Positions 38,673 to 50,800 of a stretch of DNA of 63,555 nucleotides are shown piece by piece. Below the pieces are notes generated by a model. That model was not told where the DNA came from and did no database searches. It was given only the letters and a program-made list of their open reading frames with translations. Numbering within the stretch: the stretch's first letter is position 1; every line of letters starts with the position of its first letter. Made by a program: the position numbers and the translations under genes. The DNA is from Octopus bimaculoides (lineage: Eukaryota). The stretch is from assembly GCF_001194135.2 (NCBI RefSeq), contig NC_068983.1, positions 1,864,308-1,927,862 of the forward strand. The letters are read 5' to 3'.

Positions 38673-38944
38673 ATGCAGGGTTATTCAAAAAGAAAGAGCA
38701 GATTTTAAATTTATTTTTAACCCGAACGGTAAGAGACACAAACACATTCTACATATTTCTGGATAGGTAAAGTTTTAAAGTTTATTTTAAGGGAGTCTGC
38801 ACTTAACATGAGCTCCATGTGTTGCTCGACAAACATCGAAACATCGAAATCATTTTCTGTGAAATTTTTATGCCATTCGTATATGTGCTTGTGACGAGGT
38901 GGATTTTTTATTGAATTGGCGGCGAAATTCACGTTGCACTTTTC
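38673..38944 (-). mobile_element. Internally deleted Tc1/mariner element, cut by N-gap
   Basis: Terminal cagggttattcaaa; minus strand encodes an N-terminal HTH-like segment (NPPRHKHIYEWHKNF) joined to a C-terminal RFDVCRATHGAHV. Confidence 0.55.
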
Positions 38945-39307
38945 NNNNNNNNNNNNNNNNNNNNNNNNNNNNNNNNNNNNNNNNNNNNNNNNNNNNNNNN
39001 NNNNNNNNNNNNNNNNNNNNNNNNNNNNNNNNNNNNNNNNNNNNNNNNNNNNNNNNNNNNNNNNNNNNNNNNNNNNNNNNNNNNNNNNNNNNNNNNNNNN
39101 NNNNNNNNNNNNNNNNNNNNNNNNNNNNNNNNNNNNNNNNNNNNNNNNNNNNNNNNNNNNNNNNNNNNNNNNNNNNNNNNNNNNNNNNNNNNNNNNNNNN
39201 NNNNNNNNNNNNNNNNNNNNNNNNNNNNNNNNNNNNNNNNNNNNNNNNNNNNNNNNNNNNNNNNNNNNNNNNNNNNNNNNNNNNNNNNNNNNNNNNNNNN
39301 NNNNNNN

Positions 39308-39345
<38 letters not shown>

Positions 39346-39361
39346 ATATGTATATAAAATA

Positions 39362-39545
39362 CCTACATCCCACCCATGTAGGTCTTTCGGCGGGATATTG
39401 AAGAGCTGTGGTCCCCTATAGACCAGGCTGTTGCAGTATCTTGTCGTATATCTTGGCACTATGCAGTGGCGCCCTGTTCTAGTATTTGTGTAACTCTCGA
39501 TGCCAAAGTTTGGGACAAGTCCCTCCAGGATATTATGGATGTATA
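39362..39545 (-). mobile_element. CR1-type LINE (second subfamily) C-terminal fragment
   Basis: ILEGLVPNFGIESYTNTRTGRHC..YCNSLVYRGPQLFNI; related to 53320-53935. Confidence 0.75.
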
Positions 39546-40965
39546 TTATGGCATATCTATCTCTTCGGCCAGTACTGGCCTAGGCCATGTCTAACTTAAT
39601 AAAACCACCTGGCAAAGTCATTCAAGTCAGGAATCGGACAACATAGCCAGCACGACTAGAGAGTTATTGTTTACGGAGACACATCTGGGTATAGGAGGTT
39701 TATCCGGCATTTTTTGAAGGAAATTGTTCAAAGACTTCTTGAACTTTATGGGGCCTGTCTCTGCTTTAATGTGTTTCAGGGTAATGTTAAAAAGAGCGAG
39801 GCCAATTGAGGTAAAATAATTGTGCCATATTGTTTTTATATGATGCGAGTTTGACTTTTGTTGTGGGCGGATAGCACAGGGCCGAGGTATTGGCTTTATT
39901 TTAAAGGTGATGCCAACATCATTTGGGTAATGCTGATGGACTATTTTCCACATCATGCAGATGATGTAGCGCTCACAGAGGCATTGGAGAGGCATTGAGC
40001 TTTTCTAGTCGACCCCAATAGTCAAGGCCTGTCATGCCATCTATCTTTTTTTTAGTTGACATTTGAGGTGCTTGATATTTCATACTTTGTTTCATGGTGG
40101 ACAACAGTATTCAAGTTGGTGTGGGGTAAAAGTGGAGAAGAGAAGGAAAATTGTGTGGATATCTCTCGACTGGAAAGTTCTGAGAATCCAGGAACACATT
40201 TTGCGGGCCATGTCAACTTTGCTGTGTATAGGAGCGGCCCAGCATATGATAAACAATTACTCCCAAGTCTCTGATACTGTTGGATGCCATGAGAGTTTCT
40301 CCTGAAGGAAGGGAGTATGGAGGTTTCAGGGTATCCTCTTTTCCGAAGTGGATCAACTCAAATTTGTCCTTGTTCAGCAGCATATTATTCTTTTCAGCCC
40401 ATTGGAAGACAGCCAGCAGATCTGACTGAAGGCATGTCCGGGCACCCACTTCATTGATGAGCTTCTGGATCTTGGAATCATCTGCAAAGATTCTTATGTT
40501 ACTGTGCTTGATGATGTCAGTAATGTCATTCTCGTAGATGCTGAAAAGAAGTGGGCCCAACACGGTGCCTTGTGGGACAGCACTACTAAATTTGGCTGGG
40601 CTTGATTTTATTTCTTCGACTACAACATGTGTTTTGCCTGTCAAGAAACACTTGATCCATTGTAGTAACTTTCCAGAAACACCAAAGTTAGATAGTTTTC
40701 TTCAAAAGAATCTAATGATCCACCCTGTCAAACGCCATGCTGAAATCATGGTAGAAGACATCACTATTCAAGCCCTCGCCCAAAGCTCTCAAAGTTTCAT
40801 CAAAGTGATGCAGGAGCTGCCTTAGGCAGTTCCTTCCATTAGAGAACCCATGCTGGTTGGAGTTCAGCAGTCTATTGTTTCAAGAAAGTGGGTTATCCAT
40901 GATCTCACCACCCTCTCAAGTACCTTGATGATATGAGAGGTGAATGAGATCGGACGTTAGTTGGA
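39546..40965 (-). mobile_element. CR1-type LINE, 5'-truncated, RT to 3' UTR
   Basis: RPISFTSHIIKVLERVV, SAVPQGTVLGPLLF, IRIFADDSKI, NMLLNKDKFELIHFG, the C-terminus and the shared 3' UTR. Confidence 0.93.
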
Positions 40966-40984
40966 AACTCGGTCAACGGACAGT

Positions 40985-41205
40985 TTTTATTCTTTTACTT
41001 GTTTCAGTCATTTAACTGCGGCTATGCTGGAGCATCACCTTGAAGGATTTTAGTTGAAGAAATTGCCCCTACGTCTTATTCTTTCTAAGCCTAGTACATA
41101 ATTTATCGTTCTCTTTAGCCGAACGGCTAAGTTACGGGGACCTAAACACACCAGTATCGGTTGTCAATCGATGGTGGCGGGACACTGACACTCACACAAT
41201 GCCTC
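40985..41205 (-). mobile_element. SINE family 3, 3' half
   Basis: ttcttttacttgtttcagtcatttaactgcggctatgctggagcatcacctt..ttacggggacctaaacacaccag. Confidence 0.8.
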
Positions 41206-41243
41206 ACATTGAGAGTCGAATACCGTAACTACTAAGACACGCG

Positions 41244-41285
<42 letters not shown>

Positions 41286-41557
41286 CATAGAGAGAAATAG
41301 ATAGATATATGGATAGAGAGATACAGAGAAAGGGAAAGAGAGTAAGAGACAGATTGATAGTTAGAAAGACAGATAGATAGAACGAGAGACAAACGGACAG
41401 ATAGTGAGAGAGAGAAAAATAGATAGAACGAGAGACAGGGAGATAGAGAGAGAGAATGACAGACAGACAGACAGATAGATAGACATGAATGGGCGTGTCC
41501 TAGCCGTTGGGCGTTGCATTAATGTTTGTGGGTGCCATTTCCGGAGCGGGTTGTGCA

Positions 41558-41595
<38 letters not shown>

Positions 41596-42296
41596 TTATA
41601 TATACTGTCAGTTCAGTTTCTGAACCTCGCTATAGTTAAATATTTCTAAGGTTTCTCTTCATTAATTGTAATTCAACATATCTTGTAGTGTACTCATAAC
41701 TTCTACATCCAACCAAGAGTCAAACAGTCACTTTTCTTTCGTTGCTTTTGCTGTCAGGTTATTCAACTTAAGTACTTTATAAAATGCACAGACTGTTTTC
41801 TATATTTGAACTCTCTTACGATGTACAATGAGATATCTCATATTGATTATTGTTACTATGTTCTCTCAAGCCAGACGTTAAGTATACATTTGTAGTCTTT
41901 ACTTCTCTAGACTTCATAATATATACATAAGTATTTCACATCGAAGGAGAAAACCTACAAAATTAAGGAGTGATATACAGGCGCTCGACTCAGGAGTTAG
42001 CCCAACTAAATATTCTTTCTATTTTTAGCTATGTTTTTTAGTAACATTGTGAGAAATATGGTTTTTGAATTTTGGATGTTTTAAATATGGTTACTTTGCA
42101 TATGTTGGCATCTTCAATTGCTCTTCATTATATATTGGTAATGCATTCGTTCGGGGATACAAAATGTCATCACCCGCATTGACACCAGAACATGTTATAC
42201 ATACATACACGCAAAACATGGATGCATGCATGCATGCATACATACATACATACATACGTATATACATACATACGTATATACATACATACACACATA

Positions 42297-42665
42297 AACG
42301 AAAATACCCTGTTGTTGACGTTGAAATTCCAATGTAGGAGCCTTAGATCTAGGTTAGAAACCAGTTCTTTTTCTATTGGTAAATAATCTTGAAATAGACC
42401 GAATAATTACATACATACAGACATAATTACATACAGAGAGACATACGAGATCGAGAAGTAACATTGTGTAGATATGCATGTATAAGCGTCAGAAGACGTG
42501 CATAGAACAAAACATACACATCTGAACATATGCGCGCATGCATACAAAAATAGCCTGTTGTTGATGTTGAAATTCAAGTGAAGGAGACTTGGGTCTCGGT
42601 TAGAAAACGGCTCCTCCTCTATTGGCAAGAAACCTTGAAATAAAACTTAATGACATACATGCATA
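42297..42665 (+). mobile_element. Two head-to-tail R4/Dong 3' UTR copies (42297-42425, ~42440-42665)
   Basis: Each matches 26390-26515 and ends in (CATA)n. Confidence 0.8.
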
Positions 42666-42669
42666 CATA

Positions 42670-43545
42670 AGGCCGTTCCTTGAGTAGCACTCTTTCTGTC
42701 ATAGCCTAGAATACATACCCAAAGAAGCCATACGACTCTACCGCAATGAGTCACCAGTTGAAAGAATGAGTCTATATGAGCAGAAGACCATGCATGGATA
42801 TGTTAGTAGAAAGCTTCAAGATGATCGTAACCTTGATCATCAAAGGAGTGTATCGTGGATCAATAGCCGGATTACTACTTCTCACTTTAAAGGATATGCG
42901 TTTGCAATCCAGGAACAGAAAATATCAACCAAGTACTTGATTCACAAAAGGGACAGAGATGCAGGAAAAGCCGTAAAATGTGGCAACCGGTGCAGACTCT
43001 GTGGAAATAACACCGACGATATCACCCAGATCATAAGCAGTTGTCCGAAAATATCATCACGGTGTTATCTACCGATTATACGTGATGTTGTAGCTAAAAC
43101 ACTCTCTAATGAAATCCGTCGGAAAGATAACGCCGAGGACAAAGAAGAACCTGCAGTATGGTAGAAGCCATGCCCACTTATAATAAAAAGGAGTATAGGT
43201 GGAATGTCCCAGTGAAGACCTCAATAAAATGTAAGCACAACAAACCTGATATAATGATTTGGGATAGAGAAGAGAAACTGTGTAGAGTTGTGGAAATTAG
43301 CTGCCCAGCGGATGTTAACATTAAGCTAAAAATCAGTGAAAAAGAGAACAGCTCTGCTGAAGTATCGAGAAATCTGCAGTTACTGTATCCAGATTACAAG
43401 TTTAGGTATATGCATGCAATTGTTGGTGCCCTGGAATATGTAACACACTGCTTAAATGCCAATCCTGAGAAATTAAGGTTCTCAAAACCAGAAAGGAGAA
43501 AGCTAATTCTAATTCTACAGATGCAAATTAAGAAATTTGCATATG
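42670..43545 (+). mobile_element. R4/Dong-type LINE ORF C-terminus (zinc knuckle plus restriction-like endonuclease)
   Basis: FAIQEQ, CRLCGNNTDDITQIISSCP, then KPDIMIWDREEKLCRVVEISCP (PD..E pattern). Confidence 0.88.
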
Positions 43546-43549
43546 ATGG

Positions 43550-43855
43550 AAATATATGTCTTCAAAAAGGAACTAGGCATCCTCCTCTCCACAATACTGA
43601 ATGAACCAACGGCATGAATGCAATGGTGTGACATCTTCGCAGATGTACGTAGAAACCCCTCCATGGATTCTTTTTTCTGGTTTTTGTACGAAGTACAACA
43701 TACTCTTGTATTAGAGATTAGATACGTCTCAGTCAGTGCCATGCATATTGCTTGATTGCATGCAGCAAGCATTTTCAGGTACAGAATTTTACATCTGTTG
43801 CTGAGTTTTAGCAGGCTTGATAAACCCTTTCACCAGCTTAACATGGTTGGTCCCA
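43550..43855 (-). mobile_element. CR1-type AP-endonuclease N-terminal fragment
   Basis: Minus strand: AICMALTETYL and an HGGVSTYI motif across frameshifts. Confidence 0.6.
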
Positions 43856-43894
43856 CAGCATACTACGACGAATAGTTTCACGCAATCGCTGTCT

Positions 43895-44510
43895 TGAAGG
43901 TCATCAATGAAGTGGGTGACCGGGCATGCCTTCAGTCAGATCTACTGGCTGTCTTCCAATGGGCGGACAAAATAATATGCTGCTGAACGAGGACAAATTT
44001 GAGTTAATCCACGTCGGAAAAAAGGATACCCTGACTCCTACTCACCCTTCCTTCAGGAGAATCTCTCATGGCATCCAACAACATCAGAGACTTGGAAGTA
44101 ATTGTGGACAACAACATAAGCTGGACCGCTCCTATAAACAGCAAAGTTGACAGGTTCCTGGATTCTCAGAACCTTCCAGTCGAGAGATATCCACACTATT
44201 ATCCTTCTTTTTTCTACTTTTCCCCGACTCCACCTTGAATACAGTTGTCCACTGTGGTCTCTTTAACATTACACTGAAACACATTAAAGCAGAGACAGAC
44301 CCCATAAAGTTCAAGATGTCTTTGAACAATTTCCTTCAAAAAATGCCAGATAAACCTCCTACACTCGGCTATGTCTCTGTAAACAATAACTCTCTCCTCG
44401 ACTTGGCTATGTCGTCCGATTCCTGATTTGAATGACGTTTCCAGGCGGTGCTATTAAGTTAGACATGACTTAGGCTAGTACTGGCCGAAACCCATCAAAG
44501 TAAGTAAGTA
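43895..44510 (+). mobile_element. CR1-type LINE 3' fragment with (TAAG)n tail
   Basis: NMLLNEDKFELIHVG and FNITLKHIKAETDPIKFK; closely matches the reverse complement of 39560-40500. Confidence 0.92.
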
Positions 44511-44554
44511 TATAAGTTCAAAAAATGGAAAAAGACAAAAAAACAACAACAAAA

Positions 44555-44717
44555 AACATTTTTTCTATTCTCGCTCTGTGTATTTACTCTTATTCCTCTC
44601 TGTTGAAGAGCGTAGGCTCCAAGTGTAAGAGACTTTTCCATTTTTCCCGACCGTCAAACTAATACACTTGCTTGTTGTACATACTCCTGTCTTCGTCTTT
44701 TGTTTTCTATAAATTTC

Positions 44718-44720
<3 letters not shown>
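44555..44720 (+). repeat. CTGTTGA hammerhead-like repeat copy
   Basis: CTCT-CTGTTGA-A-GAGC gtag GCTC-caag-tg-TA-AGAG at 44596-44631. Confidence 0.65.
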
Positions 44721-44755
<35 letters not shown>

Positions 44756-45132
44756 GCATACATACACACACACACACATGTTATTTATGTCTATGGATAT
44801 ACGTATTGCATCTGTAACTAGACGATGATAGTATAAAAAAGCTATAATCTAAGTAGGAATTAAGAGCTAATGGAATGCAAATCTCAAATAGCTATTTGGT
44901 ATATCTTTGATAAAGTTTTCCCTCCTTGTAAAAATCTTGTGAAGAATCTTAGCTATATTCAGTCATTGCGAACCAGGTAGACAACAATAAATGATGACTG
45001 GGTGAATAACGAGAAGAATTATAATCATAAATTTTATAAAGAAACATTTGATAGTAACCCGTAACATTTAGAAAATCAGCTCAATAACAGAGTGTTAGAA
45101 AATCCAGTTTCTTTCTAATCCGTTTTGTCCAG

Positions 45133-45148
45133 AAATAGATATGATTAT
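45133..45148 (+). CDS. Candidate 16-nt microexon
   Basis: ttctttctaatccgttttgtccAG|AAATAGATATGATTAT|gtaagt: branch-like ctaat, pyrimidine tract and consensus donor. Confidence 0.3.
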
Positions 45149-45526
45149 GTAAGTTGCTTTAACCCTGCATTGAGCCAAGTTGATATAAATAGGATTTTAT
45201 GAAACTTTTCACTGCAGACTATTTACTCGAAATATCGCCATTTATCGGAAATAATGTAAATGTCAATTACAGATGAGAATATTCACGTGGGAGTTAAATT
45301 AAAAAACATAACACTAGTGTAGCCAGAAAAAACCCTTTTGTTTGGAGTCATTCTCAAATCTCAGAACCATTATATGTCTAATGGGTTTTTTTTAAATGCT
45401 GTAAAACTTAGCGTTCCATGGAAATCACTTCTATATACATGGAGTTTTGCCTATTTATAAGAAATTCTCGTCTTCCATTTCCTTCACCTTCTCACTAAAT
45501 TATCTATTTTTCTTTGACATCACACA

Positions 45527-45899
45527 TACTGGGTCATCCCATAAATAATGCGGTTTTTTCAATTGCGTGAACTAATAGTTGGAGGGGGATGGGATAAATT
45601 ACCTCCGTCAACTTGCTATAAAAGCAGGTAGTAATTTTATCTTATTCTTCAAAATTATTTGGACGGAAAAAAAATATCAATTCTACAGACGTGGTCAGAA
45701 AAATACTGCGAGAGCATTTTTCGTCACAGACAAGTGAACTTTGAAAGATTGAACTTGCAAGTCTGCCAGATAAATCGTAGAGAATTGTAGAAAATGAAGA
45801 AGAGTATATATTATAGATTAAAAAGAAATTTGTTTATCTTAAATTTGAAAAAAATAAAGGAAGTATAAAAAACCGCATCAATTATGGGATGACCTAATA
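45527..45899 (+). mobile_element. Non-autonomous mariner element with ~30 bp TIRs and TA target duplication
   Basis: ta-ctgggtcatcccataaataatgcggtttttt versus aaaaaaccgcatcaattatgggatgacctaa-ta; interior retains a decayed transposase C-terminus (LPD..RIVENEEEYI). Confidence 0.85.
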
Positions 45900-46547
45900 T
45901 ATACATATAATAGACACGCACACACATACAAACACATGAATGTATGAACGTATATATGAGTGTGTCTTGGCGTTCTGGTTCTTCAATTATGTCCTCCAAA
46001 TCTTAATCAGATGATGTTGTTGTTGTTATTTTGAATTAAACAGAAATATATTTGCCTTTTAGAGAGGTTTTGGTTCGGTCACTTTTATATTCAGGAATTT
46101 CACTAACATATTCATGTCGCCTTATATGTAAAGTTCCCGTTCTCTATCACTTTACAAAAAAAAACAAAAAAAAACAGCAGGTCCAGACTGTGTAGAATTT
46201 TAAATGCAAAATAACAATATTTCTTTTAAATATTTTATACACTGTCCCGAGACCAAATCAGAATTGCTTACCAAAGAAATGTTATTTCCCCACACACCAT
46301 GTCAATAGCCTTCTCCACAACCATTGTTTCAATATCAACTTGTCTTCTATCTCTTCTCTTTCACTTCCTCACTGTCACTAGCATTTTTCAGGATTCTTCA
46401 ATTTCTATACCATTTCTGTCATTCTATCTGTTGCCATTTTTTTGGCAACATAATGATTGTTTTTTTCTCACTGACATTTTTGTTTATCGTTTTCTTTTGT
46501 ATTTTGTCTTACTCTTATTTTACCATTTTTCTGATAATTTTATGAAG

Positions 46548-46596
46548 AACAAGAAATCTATTCTTCCAAAAGGAATAATTCTTTGTCAAAGCAAAT
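46548..46596 (+). CDS. Weak candidate penultimate exon
   Basis: Long pyrimidine tract, aAG acceptor, donor AAT|gtgaga; xQEIYSSKRNNSLSKQ(M) joins in phase to 47069. Confidence 0.2.
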
Positions 46597-47068
46597 GTGA
46601 GACGTCTGGAACCTTGGAAACACTGAAATAAAAATTATATCTCAGAGTATATCAATCTGTTTGTGACAAATTCACTGTCGACACTTAAACGGAGGGCACA
46701 ATATCTTATGCTTAAAGCAAAAATGGTGGATTCCTCCTTTTCTAACCACAATGATATTGAATTTGAGCACATAGTGTTTACATCTGTCTGTTACAAACTC
46801 TAGTGGCTAAAATCTGAATATAATTTCTTTTAAGATCGTATGTTATTGAAGCCAAATAGTCGAAAAGAAAAACTGAATTTATCTAACGTAAATAGCTGCC
46901 GAAATATCTATGCGAAGTGGGTTCATATATTTTAGCTCTAAGAATGATCGAGCTGTCAGAGTATCTTTAAAGACATTGAAAGAGTGGAAACGTTCATTGA
47001 TACATCCCGACGAATGATTGTGAAGTAGGAAAAATTCTCCTTGGGATCCTTTTCGTTTCTTTCTGCAG

Positions 47069-47186
47069 GTACGGTAAGGAGCCGAAACCTGCCGCCAATA
47101 ATATGGTCTTCCAGTTACAACCATCTCCAGCCACGAAGTCACTGCAGTCTCCTGCAGCTTTGCGTAACCACCCGAATTCAGTTTAA
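47069..47186 (+). CDS. Candidate terminal coding exon of an unidentified gene
   Basis: Strong acceptor ccttttcgtttctttctgcAG at the start of a non-repetitive, GC-richer island. One frame gives YGKEPKPAANNMVFQLQPSPATKSLQSPAALRNHPNSV*; a second frame stays open to 47394. Confidence 0.4.
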
Positions 47187-47515
47187 GGACCTGTTCAAAG
47201 ATGTGTCCCTTTCTCCAGGCCACGGTTACGTAGTCGCCTCTGCAGCTCTCATTATCACATCTTACAACGTTTACATTGTTCACAAAGTATTGAGCAGTAA
47301 TGATGTCGGCATTTTTACACTCGTTGTGATTCATTATGAAACACGTGAATCTTTTTCAATATTCAAATGGGATCCTGTCCTCCATGTCAGCTAACTTTTC
47401 CTCGACTACAAATTAAGTATGTATCCTTACAAAGGTCGTCGAGCGCTCACCCATAAATGAAGTTGTTTCTCGGGGAAAGAAGACGGAATTCCTCAGATTT
47501 GGCAGAATAAACTAT

Positions 47516-47528
47516 TTGTACATGTATG

Positions 47529-47584
<56 letters not shown>

Positions 47585-47603
47585 NNNNNNNNNNNNNNNN
47601 NNN

Positions 47604-47652
<49 letters not shown>

Positions 47653-47814
47653 ATATATATGTATATATATATATAGCGAGAGATACATACATACATACAT
47701 GTATATGTATGTATCTATACATATCTAGGTACATACATATATGTATATGTATGTATCTATACATATCTAGGTACATACACATATGTATATATAGATAGAT
47801 AGATACATAAATAC

Positions 47815-47911
<97 letters not shown>

Positions 47912-47935
47912 TATATGTATGTATGTATGTATGTA
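47516..47935. repeat. Compound (AT)n / (TATG)n microsatellite block with small gap
   Basis: Visible directly; explains the YI-repeat ORFs. Confidence 0.95.
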
Positions 47936-49402
47936 TGGGGGAGAGACACAAGAACTAGAAAATGAAGAAGAAATGGATGTAATTAGTAATTTATTTGTAT
48001 GTTACAAAAAGATGTCTTAGATGCCTTTATACATATATCTATGTGTGTGTGTGTGTGTGCGCTTTGTATATCTGTGTGCATGCATAAGTTTAATAAAACA
48101 CGTATGAGTCACTATGGTTTCGATGTCTATTGTCCCAACGTCCTATTGCATTAATCTAAAATTCTCATTTAAATACGCATTTACATATCCTAATCAATAA
48201 CGGTCGTTAAATAAGTGTCACTAGATACGCATTATAACGGTTATTTTTCAAATTTCCATCCATCCTCCACCATCATCATATCATATATTATTTTATTATT
48301 AAATCTGTTTCAGTCATTTGTCTGTCGCCAAGCTGGAGCACCGCCTTTATCCTCGCAATAAAAATAATCCATAGATTTTATTTTTAGTATATTTTATTCT
48401 ATTTTAGGCTATTCTATTTTATGTTATTCTGGTTTATATTTCAATGTTTTTACTGTCATTTTATTTCATTTTATTTTTTTCTTGAGTTTGTTTTAAATGT
48501 TTATGCATACTTTATTTACTTAATTATCTGTTTTCAAATTATAATATACAGTATATCGTATATTCATAAATATATAAAACTGATCAATCAAATTTACTTT
48601 CAATATATTCCTTTTAACTTTTAACCCATTAATGACTGAATACTTCAAGAGAAAAAATATGATTACCTACGTTACATGTGCTCTATATTAACTCTAAAGT
48701 CCTACCACTATATAGTGAGAATATGGTAACTTTCTGAGCATAAAACTAAATGCCTCGAAATTCTCATCAACTACATGATAGGACTGAACGATATATGTAG
48801 GTTCCTTTTTCTATTTAAAATTCTTATTTGTACTGTTATGCATAAAAAAAAATACTCATCGTTTTGTAATACAAATAAATTATTAATTACATCCATTTCT
48901 TCTCCATTTTCTTCTTGATTTCCCCCAATATTGATAATTTCAATAATCCCACACATATACCAACGACTTTCATATTATATGCTAGGGATAAACCAGTGGA
49001 GTACTTTGGATAATATAATCCCTAATTCACTATATGACATATTTTTAGTATTTTAAAGTAGTTTATAAATTTTTCGTCTTTTTTTGATGGGACGTTCCTA
49101 TATGTGTTTTTTGCGCATATATGTATATTTTTACATCGGTAGTTTTCTGCATTTGTATGTCTTATATATTTTATATTTTAATTTATATATTATGAAAGCC
49201 ATAGCTAATATTTATTTATATATGATGTATGTTGGAGGCTTGATACCGTATATAAAGTCGTTAACTCATTTTGATGTTTGTTTTATGACCAATGTTTAAT
49301 ATATACACACATACATATATAAATGTCTATATAAATATATATATATATATATATACATATATAAATGTCTATATAGTTATATATATATATATATATATAT
49401 AT

Positions 49403-49433
<31 letters not shown>

Positions 49434-49572
49434 GAAATATACGGGCGACAGAAATGTTTAAACATTTTATGTTTCCCGGATGCCTTGGTGATTCAAGTAG
49501 TTTTGAAAATATACATACACACATACATACACACATACATTCATACTTATATGCATACATTGATATATATAC

Positions 49573-49605
<33 letters not shown>

Positions 49606-50325
49606 CGTTTGTATATATATATATTTAGATGTGAATGTTTGTATTAGCGATATTGAAACATCACTAAAATATCGTTTATATTGCTTGTTTGCGAAGTTAC
49701 AAATTAATTCTCAATATATATTCAAACCATTTGTTACACTACAACACATGATAAATAGATAAAACAACTAAACCGACATTATTTGCCGCTCTTATAGTTC
49801 CAGTCTCTCTGGACTACCAAAACATAATTACACATCATTTTCCCCTATTTCATAATTATGTAACCAACCAACGTTACACCTAAACAATATCTTTAAACTC
49901 GCTATGATTTAATACACCACCCCGAAATTAAACGACCAATAGTAACATCAGCCTGTTACCTGTCTCACTTTCTTTCTTTCTCTTTTTCCTTGGGAAAGAA
50001 AGAAAGAGAGGGGGAGAAAGCGAGAGAAAGACAGGATAGGAGAGAGAGAGAGAGATTCATACGAGCTTGCACACACGCACACACATGCTGGTATGTATTG
50101 TTCTAATGTTATCATCGTCCATGATTGTTCGTTTTATTTGATTCTCTCCCTTACTCAAAATTAACTTTAGTCCATTGTTTCGTTTCTATGTAAGGGAAAT
50201 TTATTTCAATATATTGGGAATTCCTAAAATTCTTGCCTCTGGCCACTTGCACTCTGCTAATTGTTTACTTTATTTGATGTACCCAAGCATACAATCACAC
50301 TCTCACACACACAGGCACACACATA

Positions 50326-50375
<50 letters not shown>

Positions 50376-50479
50376 AATAATAATAAACCTTGGATGGAAT
50401 TGATAAGTATTTTAACGTATCGATACGCGCGTTTCCACAAATCCCATGTTTCTTAGGATCACAATCCATATTCCTGATA

Positions 50480-50800
50480 TGATTACTACATAGTCCGTAT
50501 TATCCATGAGGATCGAGTAGATGAACATCATGGATTCATTTCGTCGGGCGATATAACCTTAATAGCTGTTTTCTAGAGGGATGTGTATCCCTTTCCACCA
50601 GTGCGAATGCTGGTTGAATTATGTGGGTATTTCTGTGTGCATTTTGGGGGGAGTATGTGATGGAAAGAATGAAAGGAATGGTAGTTTTATGAGGAAGGAG
50701 GTGTGCATGGTGATATGGGATTTATTTTGCAATTTACTTTGCAGATCTTATTTAAGGCATGACTGTCTTCAATGACGTCTAAAACAATCAGCTGTAGGAG
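50480..50800 (-). repeat. Decayed relative of the hammerhead-bearing repeat
   Basis: Minus strand 50561-50602 reads CTGGTGGA-AAGGGAT acac ATCCCT-ct-AGAAAACAGCTA. Confidence 0.4.

Noticed and set aside
46879-47334. 151-aa minus ORF with GHIFEQ..SAPYRTC suggesting an APOBEC/deaminase
   Set aside because: It lacks true HxE and PCxxC motifs, and its RKKRK is simply the antisense of the + strand polypyrimidine acceptor.
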